64,000 nt of DNA from contig JANXWS010000088.1 in assembly GCA_025351005.1 (NCBI GenBank), forward strand, positions 8,648 to 72,647, given 5' to 3'. The position numbers and the translations under genes are program-made. Below the pieces are notes generated by a model that ran no database searches, was not told the origin of the DNA, and worked only from the letters and a program-made list of their open reading frames with translations. The number at the start of each line of letters is the position of its first letter. The first letter of the stretch is position 1. The DNA comes from Pseudomonadota bacterium. GTDB taxonomy: Bacteria; Pseudomonadota; Gammaproteobacteria; Steroidobacterales; Steroidobacteraceae. Shown here piece after piece: positions 43,844-52,648 of this stretch.

Positions 43844-44611
43844 TCAGGGCATGTACATCCCGCCGTTGACGGACAGGGTTTCACCGGTGACGTAGGCCCC
43901 GGCGGGCGAGGCCAGGTAGAGCACCGCGGCCGCCACGTCCAGGGCGCTGCCGAGGCGCGCGAGCGGTATCTGGCCCGCGAGCCCCGCGCGCTGTTCCGCG
44001 CTCAGCGCGCGCGTCATGTCGGTGTCGATGAAGCCGGGCGCGACCACGTTGCAGGTGATGTTGCGCGAGGCGACCTCGCGGGCGAGCGACTTGGTGAAGC
44101 CGATGATGCCGGCCTTGGCCGCGGCATAGTTCGCCTGCCCCGCATTGCCGGTCAGCCCGACGACCGAGGCGATGCTGACGATCCGGCCGCTGCGGGCCTT
44201 CATCATGCCCCGCAGCACCGCCTTTGACATCCGGTACACCGAGCTCAGATTGGTGTTCAGGATCCTGTCCCAGTCCTCTTCCTTCATCCGCAGCAGCAGG
44301 CCGTCACGGGTGATGCCGGCATTGTTGACGAGGATGCCGACCGCCCCCTCGCGGGCGTCGATGTCCGCGAGCGCCTGCTCGACGCTCGCGGCGGCGCCGA
44401 CGTCGAGCACGAGGCCGCGGCCGCGCAGGCCCGCAGCCGCGAGGCCGCGGCCGATCTCCTCGGCCCCGGCGGCCGTGGTCGCGGTGCCGACTGCGATGGC
44501 ACCCGCGGATGCGAGCGCGTGCAGGATCGCCCGACCGATGCCTCGCGAGGCGCCCGTCACGAGCGCGATCTGGCCGTCGACTCTGAAGACTGGCGTGCCG
44601 TCGGCCGTCAT
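43844..44611 (-). CDS. fabG: 3-oxoacyl-ACP reductase
   Basis: IALVTGASRGIGRAI and NYAAAKAGIIGF. ATG at 44611 overlaps the fabD stop (ATGA). Confidence 0.93.
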   Translation of the reverse strand: MTADGTPVFRVDGQIALVTGASRGIGRAILHALASAGAIAVGTATTAAGAEEIGRGLAAAGLRGRGLVLDVGAAASVEQALADIDAREGAVGILVNNAGITRDGLLLRMKEEDWDRILNTNLSSVYRMSKAVLRGMMKARSGRIVSIASVVGLTGNAGQANYAAAKAGIIGFTKSLAREVASRNITCNVVAPGFIDTDMTRALSAEQRAGLAGQIPLARLGSALDVAAAVLYLASPAGAYVTGETLSVNGGMYMP

Positions 44612-45549
44612 GCGGCTGCTCCTGGCTCGGCGAAGGCCGCGAGGCTCGCCGGATCGTCGATCGCCTGCATCGCGACGTCCCTGCCGCGTTCGATGCGGCG
44701 GTTGAGCGAAGTCAGCACCCGGCCCGGTCCGCACTCGACGATGCGCGTCGCGCCGTGGGCGATCATGTCGCGCACCGTGTCGGTCCAGCGCACCGGACTC
44801 GACAGCTGCCGCACGAGCTGCTCCCGGATCGCCTCGGCACTGTCGTGGCGGCCGAGACCAAGCGCGTACACCGGCCAGCGCGGCGCGCGCAGCGGCACGT
44901 CGGCGAGCCGCGCGCGCAGGCGTTCGCCGGCCGGGCGCAACAACGAGCTGTGCGCCGGCACGCTCACCGGCAACAGCAGCGCGCGTTTTGCGCCACGCGC
45001 CTTGGCCGCCTCGATCGCGCGCGCGACCGCCGCGACCTGGCCCGCAATCACGAGTTGTCCCGGCGAATTGTAGTTGACCGCTTCCACCACCTCACCGTGC
45101 GCGGCCTCCGCGCAGGCGGCCTCGACCTCGGAGTCGTCGAGCCCGAGGATTGCCGCCATCGCGCCCTGGCCCGGCGGCATCGCCTCCTGCATCGCCCGGC
45201 CGCGGAACTGCACGACACCGACCGCGTCCGGGAAGGCGAGCGCCTCGGCACAGACGAGCGCGGTGTATTCGCCGAGGCTGTGGCCGGCCAGCATGGCAGG
45301 CTCGTGCGCCCCGCGCGACTGCCAGACGCGCCACACGGCAACCCCGGCCGCGAGCAGCGCCGGCTGGGTGCGCTCGGTCGCGTTCAGGAGTTCCACCGGT
45401 CCCTGCTGTGCCAGCTGCCAGAGGTCGTAGCCGAGCACGGCCGAGGCCTCCGCGAACGTCGCCTGCACGAGGGGTGAGTCTGCGGCGAGTGCGGCCAGCA
45501 TGCCGACCGACTGCGACCCCTGCCCCGGAAACACTGCAGCCAATGCCAT
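44608..45549 (-). CDS. fabD: Malonyl-CoA:ACP transacylase
   Basis: VFPGQGSQSVGM and the active-site Ser in LAGHSLGEYTAL. Confidence 0.93.
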   Translation of the reverse strand: MALAAVFPGQGSQSVGMLAALAADSPLVQATFAEASAVLGYDLWQLAQQGPVELLNATERTQPALLAAGVAVWRVWQSRGAHEPAMLAGHSLGEYTALVCAEALAFPDAVGVVQFRGRAMQEAMPPGQGAMAAILGLDDSEVEAACAEAAHGEVVEAVNYNSPGQLVIAGQVAAVARAIEAAKARGAKRALLLPVSVPAHSSLLRPAGERLRARLADVPLRAPRWPVYALGLGRHDSAEAIREQLVRQLSSPVRWTDTVRDMIAHGATRIVECGPGRVLTSLNRRIERGRDVAMQAIDDPASLAAFAEPGAAA

Positions 45550-45695
45550 GCGGTTCCCCTAACGACGCGGGATTATAGCCATCCGGTCCGCCTACCGGGC
45601 CGCTCGGCGGAACCCGGCACACGTTCCGGCGGTCAATGACCAGAAGACCATCTGTTATTATTTCGGGTCGACCACGATTCGACGGAGTAGAGACC

Positions 45696-46124
45696 ATGAC
45701 GGTGCGCGCCCGCGGCTTCACGCTGATCGAGATCATGGTCGTGGTGGTGATCCTGGCGATCCTCGGGACGCTCGTGGCACCGCAGATTCTCGGCCGCATC
45801 GACGAGGCGCGGGTCACCAAGGCGCGCAATGACCTGCGCCTCTACGAAAGCGCGCTCGACCTGTACCGGATGGACAATTTCCGCTACCCGACCAGCGAGC
45901 AGGGCCTCGAAGCGCTGGTCAAGAAGCCTAACGACCCGAACCTCAAGAACTGGCGCCCGGACGGCTACGTCAAGCAGCTGGTCAAGGATCCGTGGGGTCA
46001 CGACTACGTCTACGTGGCGCCAGGCACCGGTGGCGCGCCCTACGATCTGCTCTCGCTCGGCGCCGACGGCCAGCCCGGTGGCCAGGGCATCGACGCCGAC
46101 CTCTCGGCGCGGGACCCCAAGTAA
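45696..46124 (+). CDS. gspG: Type II secretion major pseudopilin GspG
   Basis: Prepilin leader and cleavage motif RARG/FTLIEIMVVVVILAILG. Conserved GspG body (DPWGHDYVY...LLSLGADGQPGG). Confidence 0.92.
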   Translation: MTVRARGFTLIEIMVVVVILAILGTLVAPQILGRIDEARVTKARNDLRLYESALDLYRMDNFRYPTSEQGLEALVKKPNDPNLKNWRPDGYVKQLVKDPWGHDYVYVAPGTGGAPYDLLSLGADGQPGGQGIDADLSARDPK

Positions 46125-46142
46125 CGAGCCGCGCGACCGGCC

Positions 46143-46691
46143 GTGCCAGCACTGCGCGCCCGCCCCGCCGGTGCCGATCGCGGCCGGGGCTTCACGCTGC
46201 TCGAGATTCTGGTGGTCGTCGTGATCATCGCCGTGGTCACCGTGATCGCCGTGCTGTCGGTCGGCGTGCTGGGTACCGACCACGGCCTCGAAACGGAACG
46301 CGACCGCTTTACGGACACGGTCGCGGCCGCCACGGAGCAGGCCGGCCTCGAGGGCCGCGATTTCGGCATCTGGTTCGGCCCCGGCCGCTACGAGGTGCTC
46401 GCCTACTCGCAGCGCCGCGACCGCTGGGAGTCGTTGCCGGACGACCGGCTGTACGCGGCGCACGAGCTGCCGGCGGGCGTCAGCATGAGCCTCGAGATCG
46501 AGGGCAAGACGCTGCTGCTCGGGGCCGAGCAGGCGAACGCGACGCGCGCGCCGCAGGTGCTGCTGTACGCGGGCGGCGAGACCTCGCCGTACCGCCTGAC
46601 GCTCGTGCGCGACGGCACCGACCACCGCTTCGGTGTGACGGGCCAGGCGGACGGCACGCTGGTCGTGACGCAGCCGGGCTCATCGCCATGA
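46143..46691 (+). CDS. gspH: Type II secretion minor pseudopilin GspH
   Basis: GRG/FTLLEILVVVVIIAV prepilin motif; position after gspG. Confidence 0.8.
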   Translation: MPALRARPAGADRGRGFTLLEILVVVVIIAVVTVIAVLSVGVLGTDHGLETERDRFTDTVAAATEQAGLEGRDFGIWFGPGRYEVLAYSQRRDRWESLPDDRLYAAHELPAGVSMSLEIEGKTLLLGAEQANATRAPQVLLYAGGETSPYRLTLVRDGTDHRFGVTGQADGTLVVTQPGSSP

Positions 46692-47173
46692 CGCCGGCGC
46701 CGCGCGCGACCGGCTTCACGCTGATCGAGGTGCTGGTCGCGCTGGCGATCGCCGCGATCGGGCTCGCGGCCGTGCTCTCGGTCGTGACCCACTCGACCCG
46801 CAACGCGATCTACTTCCGCGACAAGACCTTCGCCAGCTGGATCGGCCAGAACAAGATCACCGAGGCGCGGCTCACGATCACGCTGCCGTCGGTCGACAAG
46901 ACGAGCGGCGAGCTCGACTACGCCGGCCAGAGCTGGAAGTGGGAGCAGACCGTGACGCAGACCGACGTCCCGGGCCTGCGCCGTATCGACGTCGCGGTGC
47001 GCCAGGGCGACGCGCCGACCGGGGAGCAGGTCGCGACCGTGACCGGCTTCGCCGGCCGCACGCAGCTGGCCGCACCGCAGTCGACCGCCTCGTGGGACTA
47101 CGTCGTGAACACGCCGGGCAACAGCGGCCGGCCCCCGGTACCGGCGCCGCCGCCCGGACGGCCGCTGCGATGA
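46688..47173 (+). CDS. gspI: Type II secretion minor pseudopilin GspI
   Basis: RATG/FTLIEVLVALAIAAIGL prepilin motif. ATG at 46688 overlaps the gspH stop. Confidence 0.8.
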   Translation: MTPAPRATGFTLIEVLVALAIAAIGLAAVLSVVTHSTRNAIYFRDKTFASWIGQNKITEARLTITLPSVDKTSGELDYAGQSWKWEQTVTQTDVPGLRRIDVAVRQGDAPTGEQVATVTGFAGRTQLAAPQSTASWDYVVNTPGNSGRPPVPAPPPGRPLR

Positions 47174-47793
47174 GCCGCGGGCCGGCGCGCGCCGCGGGAT
47201 TCACGCTGATCGAGGTGCTGGTCTCGGTGTTCCTGCTGAGCGTCCTGAGCGCGTTCGCGTACCAGACGCTCGACTACGTGCGCAAGTCCCGCGAGTCGAC
47301 GAGCGTCGCCTACCAGCGCCTGCGCGAGGTCGAGCTCGCGGTGCATACGTTGGTCACCGACTTCGAGCAGGCCGAGCCGCGGCCCGTGCGCGACGTGCTC
47401 GGTACCTCCGTCGTGCCCGCGGTGCTCGCCGACCCGCGGACCACGAACCTGGTGTCGCTGACGCGCGGCGGCTGGCCGAACTCCGCCGGCCTGCCGCGCG
47501 GCACGCTGCAGCGGGTGACCTACCGGCTCGAGAACGGCACGCTGGTGCGCGAGCACCTGACGGTGCTCGACGCGACGCTCGCGAATGCACCGGTGCGGCG
47601 CGAGCTCCTGAAGGACGTGGTCAGCATCGGCCTGCGCTACATGGACACGTCGCGCAGCTGGCAGGACACCTGGCCGCCGGCGCTCGCCGCGGCCACCACC
47701 GCGTCGCTGACGCTGCGGCCGATGGCGGTCGAGATCGTCCTCGAGCTGCGCGATCTCGGTCGCATCGTGCGGCTCGTCGAGGTGCCCGGGTGA
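47170..47793 (+). CDS. gspJ: Type II secretion minor pseudopilin GspJ
   Basis: RAAG/FTLIEVLVSVFLLSV prepilin motif. ATGA overlap with gspI. Confidence 0.8.
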   Translation: MSRGPARAAGFTLIEVLVSVFLLSVLSAFAYQTLDYVRKSRESTSVAYQRLREVELAVHTLVTDFEQAEPRPVRDVLGTSVVPAVLADPRTTNLVSLTRGGWPNSAGLPRGTLQRVTYRLENGTLVREHLTVLDATLANAPVRRELLKDVVSIGLRYMDTSRSWQDTWPPALAAATTASLTLRPMAVEIVLELRDLGRIVRLVEVPG

Positions 47794-48734
47794 GGCGCGC
47801 GCGCGGCGTCGCGCTGATCATCGCGCTGGTCGTGGTCGCGCTCGCGACGATCCTCGCGACGCGCATCGGCGCACAGAGCACGCTCGACCAGCGCCGCGCC
47901 GCGACGCTGCTCGCGCAGGAGCAGGGCTTCGAGGTCGCGCTGGGCGCGGAGGCCTGGGCCATCGAGATCCTGCGCGGCGACTACGAGCGCAACAGCCGCC
48001 AGGTGACGTTCGACCAGGCGTGGGCGACGCCGCTGCCGCCGATCCCGATCGACGGCGGCAGCATCGAGGGCCAGCTCGTGGACCTGCAGGGCCGCTTCAA
48101 CGTCAACAACCTGGTGACGCCCGCCGGCGACAAGAACGAGTTCGCCTACGCCTGGTTCCAGCGGCTGCTGGCGCGACTGCAGCTCGAGCCGAAGTGGGCC
48201 TCGCTGCTGGTCGACTGGATCGACATCGACTCGGTCGCCGACGGCGTTGACGGCGCCGAGGACGGCGTCTACACGAGCCTGACGCCGCCGTACCGGACTG
48301 CAAACCGCCCGATCACGAGTACCAGCGAGCTGCTCGCACTGCCGGGCTTCGGGCGCGAGCGCTACCAGCTGCTCGCGCCCTACATCGCCGCGCTGCCGGT
48401 CGGCACGCCGCTCAACGTCTGCACGGCGTCCGGCCCCGTGCTCGATGCGCTCGCGCCCGGCCTCGCCGCGTTCGGCCAGGATCCGAAGCAGCTCGCGAGC
48501 AACCGCGTGAAAGGCTGCTTCCCGGCGCTCAACGACGTCAACGGCGCGCTGCAGCCGCTCCTGAAGGCACCGGAGAAGGCCGCGGCCAGCGCCCTGCTCA
48601 GCGACTCATCGCGCTACTTCCGCGCTGCCACGATCGTCAGTATTGGCACTACCGAACTCACGCTGTACAGTCTGATCGAGCGCAATCCCGGGGGATACTC
48701 CCGCGTCATCCTGCGTACCCTCGGCACCGAGTGA
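47790..48734 (+). CDS. gspK: Type II secretion minor pseudopilin GspK
   Basis: N-terminus MRRARGVALIIALVVVALATILA; ~314 aa with GspK-like body. Overlaps the gspJ stop. Confidence 0.85.
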   Translation: MRRARGVALIIALVVVALATILATRIGAQSTLDQRRAATLLAQEQGFEVALGAEAWAIEILRGDYERNSRQVTFDQAWATPLPPIPIDGGSIEGQLVDLQGRFNVNNLVTPAGDKNEFAYAWFQRLLARLQLEPKWASLLVDWIDIDSVADGVDGAEDGVYTSLTPPYRTANRPITSTSELLALPGFGRERYQLLAPYIAALPVGTPLNVCTASGPVLDALAPGLAAFGQDPKQLASNRVKGCFPALNDVNGALQPLLKAPEKAAASALLSDSSRYFRAATIVSIGTTELTLYSLIERNPGGYSRVILRTLGTE

Positions 48735-48737
48735 CTC

Positions 48738-49991
48738 ATGTCTGAAACATTCGTCCTGCGCTATCCCGCGCCCGACGCGGCGGCGGGCGACGCCGAATGG
48801 GTGGTCGTCGACGCACAGGGCGCGCGCGTCGGCGCGGTCCTGCGCGGCTCGCTCGCCGACGCCGCGGCGACACAGGGCGGCCGCCGCCTGATCGTGCTGG
48901 TACCGGGCGCCGAGGTCGCGCTCGCCGCGCTTGCGCTGCCGGCCCGCGGCGCCGCGCGGCAGGCGCGCCTCGCACCGTTCGCGCTCGAGGAGCAGATCGC
49001 CACCGAGATCGAGGCGATGCACTTCGCGCTCGGCCGCCCGGACGCCGCGCAGCGCGTGCCGGTCGCCGCGGTGGAGCGTGCACTCCTCGCCCGCTGGCTT
49101 GCCGACCTCGCGCGCGCGGGGCTCGCACCGGCCGCGGTCTATCCCGACGCGCTGCTCGTGCCAGACAACCCGGCGCACGTCGTCGTCGTGCTCGAGGCCG
49201 GGCGCGTGATCGTGCGTCACCCCGGCGCCGTACCGCTGACCCTCGACGCCGCGCCGCTCGCGACCGCGCTCGCGATCGCCGGTCTCGGGCCGGCCGCGGA
49301 CGGCACGCCGCGCGTGCACGTGCTGGTGTACGCGGGCGCCGCCGACTGGGAGCGCTGTGCGGTGACGTTCGATGCGTTGCGCGAATCTCTCGCCAGCCTG
49401 CGGGCGCAGGTGCAGGCCGACGGCCTGCTGCCGCTGCTTGCCGCCGTCGCGATCGGCGCGCCGCCGCTCGGGCTGCTGCAGGCGGAGTTCGCGGTGCGCC
49501 ACGGCCTCGGCGAGCAATGGCCGCGCTGGCGGCTGGCCGCGGCCTGCGCCGCTGCCTTCCTGGTGCTGCACGTCGGGACACTCGGCTTCGACTGGTGGCG
49601 CCTGCGGCGCGAGGAGATGCGCATCGACCAGCAGCTGCAGGCGCTCGCGACGGAGGCATTGCCGAACGTGCATGACCTGGCGCGGCTGCCGAGCTTGCGC
49701 CTCGCGGTCGAGGGGCGGCTGCGCGCGACGCGCGCCGCGGTCAGCGAGGGCCTGCTCGGCACGCTCGGCACCGTCGCCGCCGCGGTCGGCGCCGCGCCCG
49801 GCACGCAGGTACAGACCCTCAGCTATCGCAGCGGCGTCACCGACCTGACCGTCGAGGCCCCGGACGTCGGCGCGCTCGATCGCCTGCAGCAGGCCGCCCG
49901 CGGCCGCGGCCTCGGCGCGCAGCTGCAGGGCGCGACCCAGCACGGGCCGCGTTTTCAGGGCCGCCTGCAGCTGCGCGGTCCGGGCACGTGA
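48738..49991 (+). CDS. gspL: Type II secretion inner-membrane platform protein GspL
   Basis: ~417 aa with a central TM (WRLAAACAAAFLVLHVG); position in the gsp operon. Confidence 0.75.
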   Translation: MSETFVLRYPAPDAAAGDAEWVVVDAQGARVGAVLRGSLADAAATQGGRRLIVLVPGAEVALAALALPARGAARQARLAPFALEEQIATEIEAMHFALGRPDAAQRVPVAAVERALLARWLADLARAGLAPAAVYPDALLVPDNPAHVVVVLEAGRVIVRHPGAVPLTLDAAPLATALAIAGLGPAADGTPRVHVLVYAGAADWERCAVTFDALRESLASLRAQVQADGLLPLLAAVAIGAPPLGLLQAEFAVRHGLGEQWPRWRLAAACAAAFLVLHVGTLGFDWWRLRREEMRIDQQLQALATEALPNVHDLARLPSLRLAVEGRLRATRAAVSEGLLGTLGTVAAAVGAAPGTQVQTLSYRSGVTDLTVEAPDVGALDRLQQAARGRGLGAQLQGATQHGPRFQGRLQLRGPGT

Positions 49992-50476
49992 GCAGCACGC
50001 GCGCGGCGCAGCTCGCGAGCTGGTACGCGGCGCTCGCGCCGCGCGAACAGCTCGCCGTGCGCTACGGCGGGATCGCGGCCGTCCTGCTGCTGGTGGCCGG
50101 CATCGTGCTGCGACTGCACGCGGTCGTGCACGCCAGCGAGGCGCGCATCGCCGGCAAGCAGGCCGACCTCGCCTACGTCGCGAGCGTGCTGCCGGAGCTG
50201 CGGGCCGCGCCGCTGCCGGCCGACGAGGGCCAGTCGCTGGTGACCGTCATCGACCGCACGACCAAGGACGGCGGGCTCGCGATGTACCTGCGGGGCGCGG
50301 AGCCCGCCGGCACGACCGGCGTCCAGGTCCGCTTCGAGGGCGCCTCGTTCGAGGCGCTCGCCGTCTGGCTGCTGCGGGTCGAGCGCGAGTACGGGCTCGC
50401 CGTGCAGGCGGCGACGCTCGAGCGCACCGATGCGCCGGGCCGCATCAATGCGAGCCTGACACTCGTGCGCAGCTGA
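49988..50476 (+). CDS. gspM: Type II secretion protein GspM
   Basis: ~162 aa with one N-terminal TM. Overlaps the gspL stop; operon position. Confidence 0.7.
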   Translation: MSSTRAAQLASWYAALAPREQLAVRYGGIAAVLLLVAGIVLRLHAVVHASEARIAGKQADLAYVASVLPELRAAPLPADEGQSLVTVIDRTTKDGGLAMYLRGAEPAGTTGVQVRFEGASFEALAVWLLRVEREYGLAVQAATLERTDAPGRINASLTLVRS

Positions 50477-50479
50477 GCC

Positions 50480-51223
50480 ATGCGCCAGGCCTGGCTGCTC
50501 GGGCTGGTTGGCATCGTGGTGTTCGTGGTGGTCGGCGTCGCGACGCTGCCGGCGTCGCTGCTGGTCAGCCGGCTGCCGCCCCAGATCGCGCTCGACGGCG
50601 TCAGCGGCACCGTTTGGCACGGCGGCGCCGACTCGGTGCGGCTGAGCGGCACGCCGATGGGCGCCGTCACCTGGAACGCAGAACCGGCCGCGCTGCTGCG
50701 CGGCGAGCTCGCCTACCAGGTTGCGATGCTGCGCGCCGACGGTTACCTGCGCGGCCGCATCGCCGCGACCGCCGGCGGCACGCTCCGCGGCGAGCAGATC
50801 GAGCTGTCGCTGCCGGTCACGGCGCTGCAGAGCCAGGCGGCGGCCGATGCCTGGGGCGGCGGGCTCAGCGGCGTCGTGCGCTCGGCGCGCCTAGAACGGG
50901 GTTGGCCGGTACAGCTCGACGGCACGTTGACCGTCACCGATTTGAAGCCGCCGGGCTCGACGCTGCGCATCGGCAGCTACTTGATCGATTTCGACGGCGA
51001 CGCGCCGAACGCCGCGGCGCTGGTCGGTCGCGTCCGCGAGCTCGAGGACGCGGCGCTGCACGTGCGCGCACAGCTGACGATCCGGCCGGACCGCAGCTAC
51101 CGGCTCGAGGGGGAAGTGACGCCGCGGCCGAACACGGCACCCGAGGTGGCGCGCGCGCTCGCCTTCCTCGGCCAGCCGGACGCCTCCGGGCGGCGTGCCT
51201 TCGAGATCACCGGCACGTTCTGA
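50480..51223 (+). CDS. gspN: Type II secretion protein GspN
   Basis: ~247 aa with an N-terminal TM. Last gene of the gspG-N run, as in Xanthomonas-type xps clusters. Confidence 0.65.
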   Translation: MRQAWLLGLVGIVVFVVVGVATLPASLLVSRLPPQIALDGVSGTVWHGGADSVRLSGTPMGAVTWNAEPAALLRGELAYQVAMLRADGYLRGRIAATAGGTLRGEQIELSLPVTALQSQAAADAWGGGLSGVVRSARLERGWPVQLDGTLTVTDLKPPGSTLRIGSYLIDFDGDAPNAAALVGRVRELEDAALHVRAQLTIRPDRSYRLEGEVTPRPNTAPEVARALAFLGQPDASGRRAFEITGTF

Positions 51224-51253
51224 CCCTCGGGGCACCCGCGGCGGGCGGCGGCC

Positions 51254-52594
51254 CTAGGAGGCCACCTGCGCGGGGGCGGCCGCGGCCTGTGTCTGCGCCG
51301 TGTAGCGGAACCGCAGGATGCCGAACGCGACGATGTCGCCGTCCGCGAGGCGTTCCTGCCGGACGCGCCGGCCGTTGACCCAGACGCCGTTGGCGCTCTG
51401 CAGGTCCTCGACGATGGCACCGCCCGCGACCTTGACGACCAGCGCATGGTGGCGACTGATCGACGAGACGTCGAGGCAGAGATCGTTGTCGGGTGCGCGC
51501 CCGATGCGCAGGCGGCCGCCGACCTGGTGCGCGCCGGCAGTCTCGCCGTCGAGCGGGATCAGCGCCGCCTCGACCGCCGGCAGCTGCGGCAGCGTGCCGC
51601 CGAGAGGCGCCCCGGCGACCGGCGCGGGCTGCACTGCCGCCGCCGTCGGCCGCTCGGCCGCCTGTGCGGCCTGGGCGAGACTGCGTTCGAGCCGGCGCAT
51701 GTGCAGCTCGCGCTCGGCGAGCGCACCGCGCACGCGTTCAAGCTCGAGCGTCTGCGCGCGCTGCTCGGTCAGCAGTGCCTCGAGCCGCGGGCGCTCCACG
51801 GCCAGTTCGTGCTCGAACCGCCGGCCATCGGTCTGGGCCGCGTCCCGCTCGGCGGCGACGGCCGCGAGCTCGTGGCGGAGCGCGCGGACCTCGGTGGCGG
51901 CGGATGAGCGCACGGCGCTGAGCGCGGCCTCGAGGTCGCGGATGCGCGCATCCGCGGCCTCGTCGCCGGCGATTGCCGCCGATACGCGCGGCGCCGCGGC
52001 CGGCGCTGGCGCGCGGGCGCGTGTCTCAAGCTCTCGAAACTGCGTCTCCCACAGGCCGCGACGCCATTCGCCGGTCTGCAGGCGCTCGAAGTACAGGTCG
52101 GCTCGCGCCCCGACCGCCGCCAGCTCCCGCGCCAGCCGCGCCGCCCGGGCGACCGCGTCGCGGCCGGCGCGGCCCGCCACGTGGCCAGCCTCGAGCTCCG
52201 TGACGCGCCGCCGCATGAGCTCCAGTTCCTGCTTCAGTTCCCGCCCGGTTCGGTCGAGCGCGGTAACCGACGCGCTCGCATGCGCGAGCGCGGCCTCGCG
52301 GCTCGTCAGGGTCGCCGCGAGCGCCCGCGCGTCGGAGCGGTAGCGCTCCGCCTCGGGGTTCGTGCCGGCACCGCGCAAGCGGCTGTCGCGGCCGGCCGCC
52401 CGGCTCTCCTCGGCCGCCCGCAGCAGCTCGGACGTCCGTACCCGCTCGATGCGCAGGGCCACCCGCAGGCTGTCGAGCTCGGCCTGCAGCGACGACGGGT
52501 CGCCGGCGGTCCGGGCGCTGGGCCCGGGTTCGCTGGTCGGCTGCGGATCCGGGCCGGGACCCGTTCCTGGCTCGGTCAACGACGGCATTCTCAT
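51254..52594 (-). CDS. FHA-domain protein with long N-terminal coiled coil
   Basis: C-terminal FHA motif LRIGRAPDNDLCLDVSSISRHHALV...NGVWVNG. About 300 aa of Ala/Arg/Glu/Leu heptad-like sequence and a Pro-rich N-terminus. 54 nt downstream of addA, same strand. Confidence 0.8.
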   Translation of the reverse strand: MRMPSLTEPGTGPGPDPQPTSEPGPSARTAGDPSSLQAELDSLRVALRIERVRTSELLRAAEESRAAGRDSRLRGAGTNPEAERYRSDARALAATLTSREAALAHASASVTALDRTGRELKQELELMRRRVTELEAGHVAGRAGRDAVARAARLARELAAVGARADLYFERLQTGEWRRGLWETQFRELETRARAPAPAAAPRVSAAIAGDEAADARIRDLEAALSAVRSSAATEVRALRHELAAVAAERDAAQTDGRRFEHELAVERPRLEALLTEQRAQTLELERVRGALAERELHMRRLERSLAQAAQAAERPTAAAVQPAPVAGAPLGGTLPQLPAVEAALIPLDGETAGAHQVGGRLRIGRAPDNDLCLDVSSISRHHALVVKVAGGAIVEDLQSANGVWVNGRRVRQERLADGDIVAFGILRFRYTAQTQAAAAPAQVAS

Positions 52595-52648
52595 CTCACG
52601 GCCCTTTCCATCACGGCCGTACAGCGTGCACCCCGCCCGGGCGAGGGG

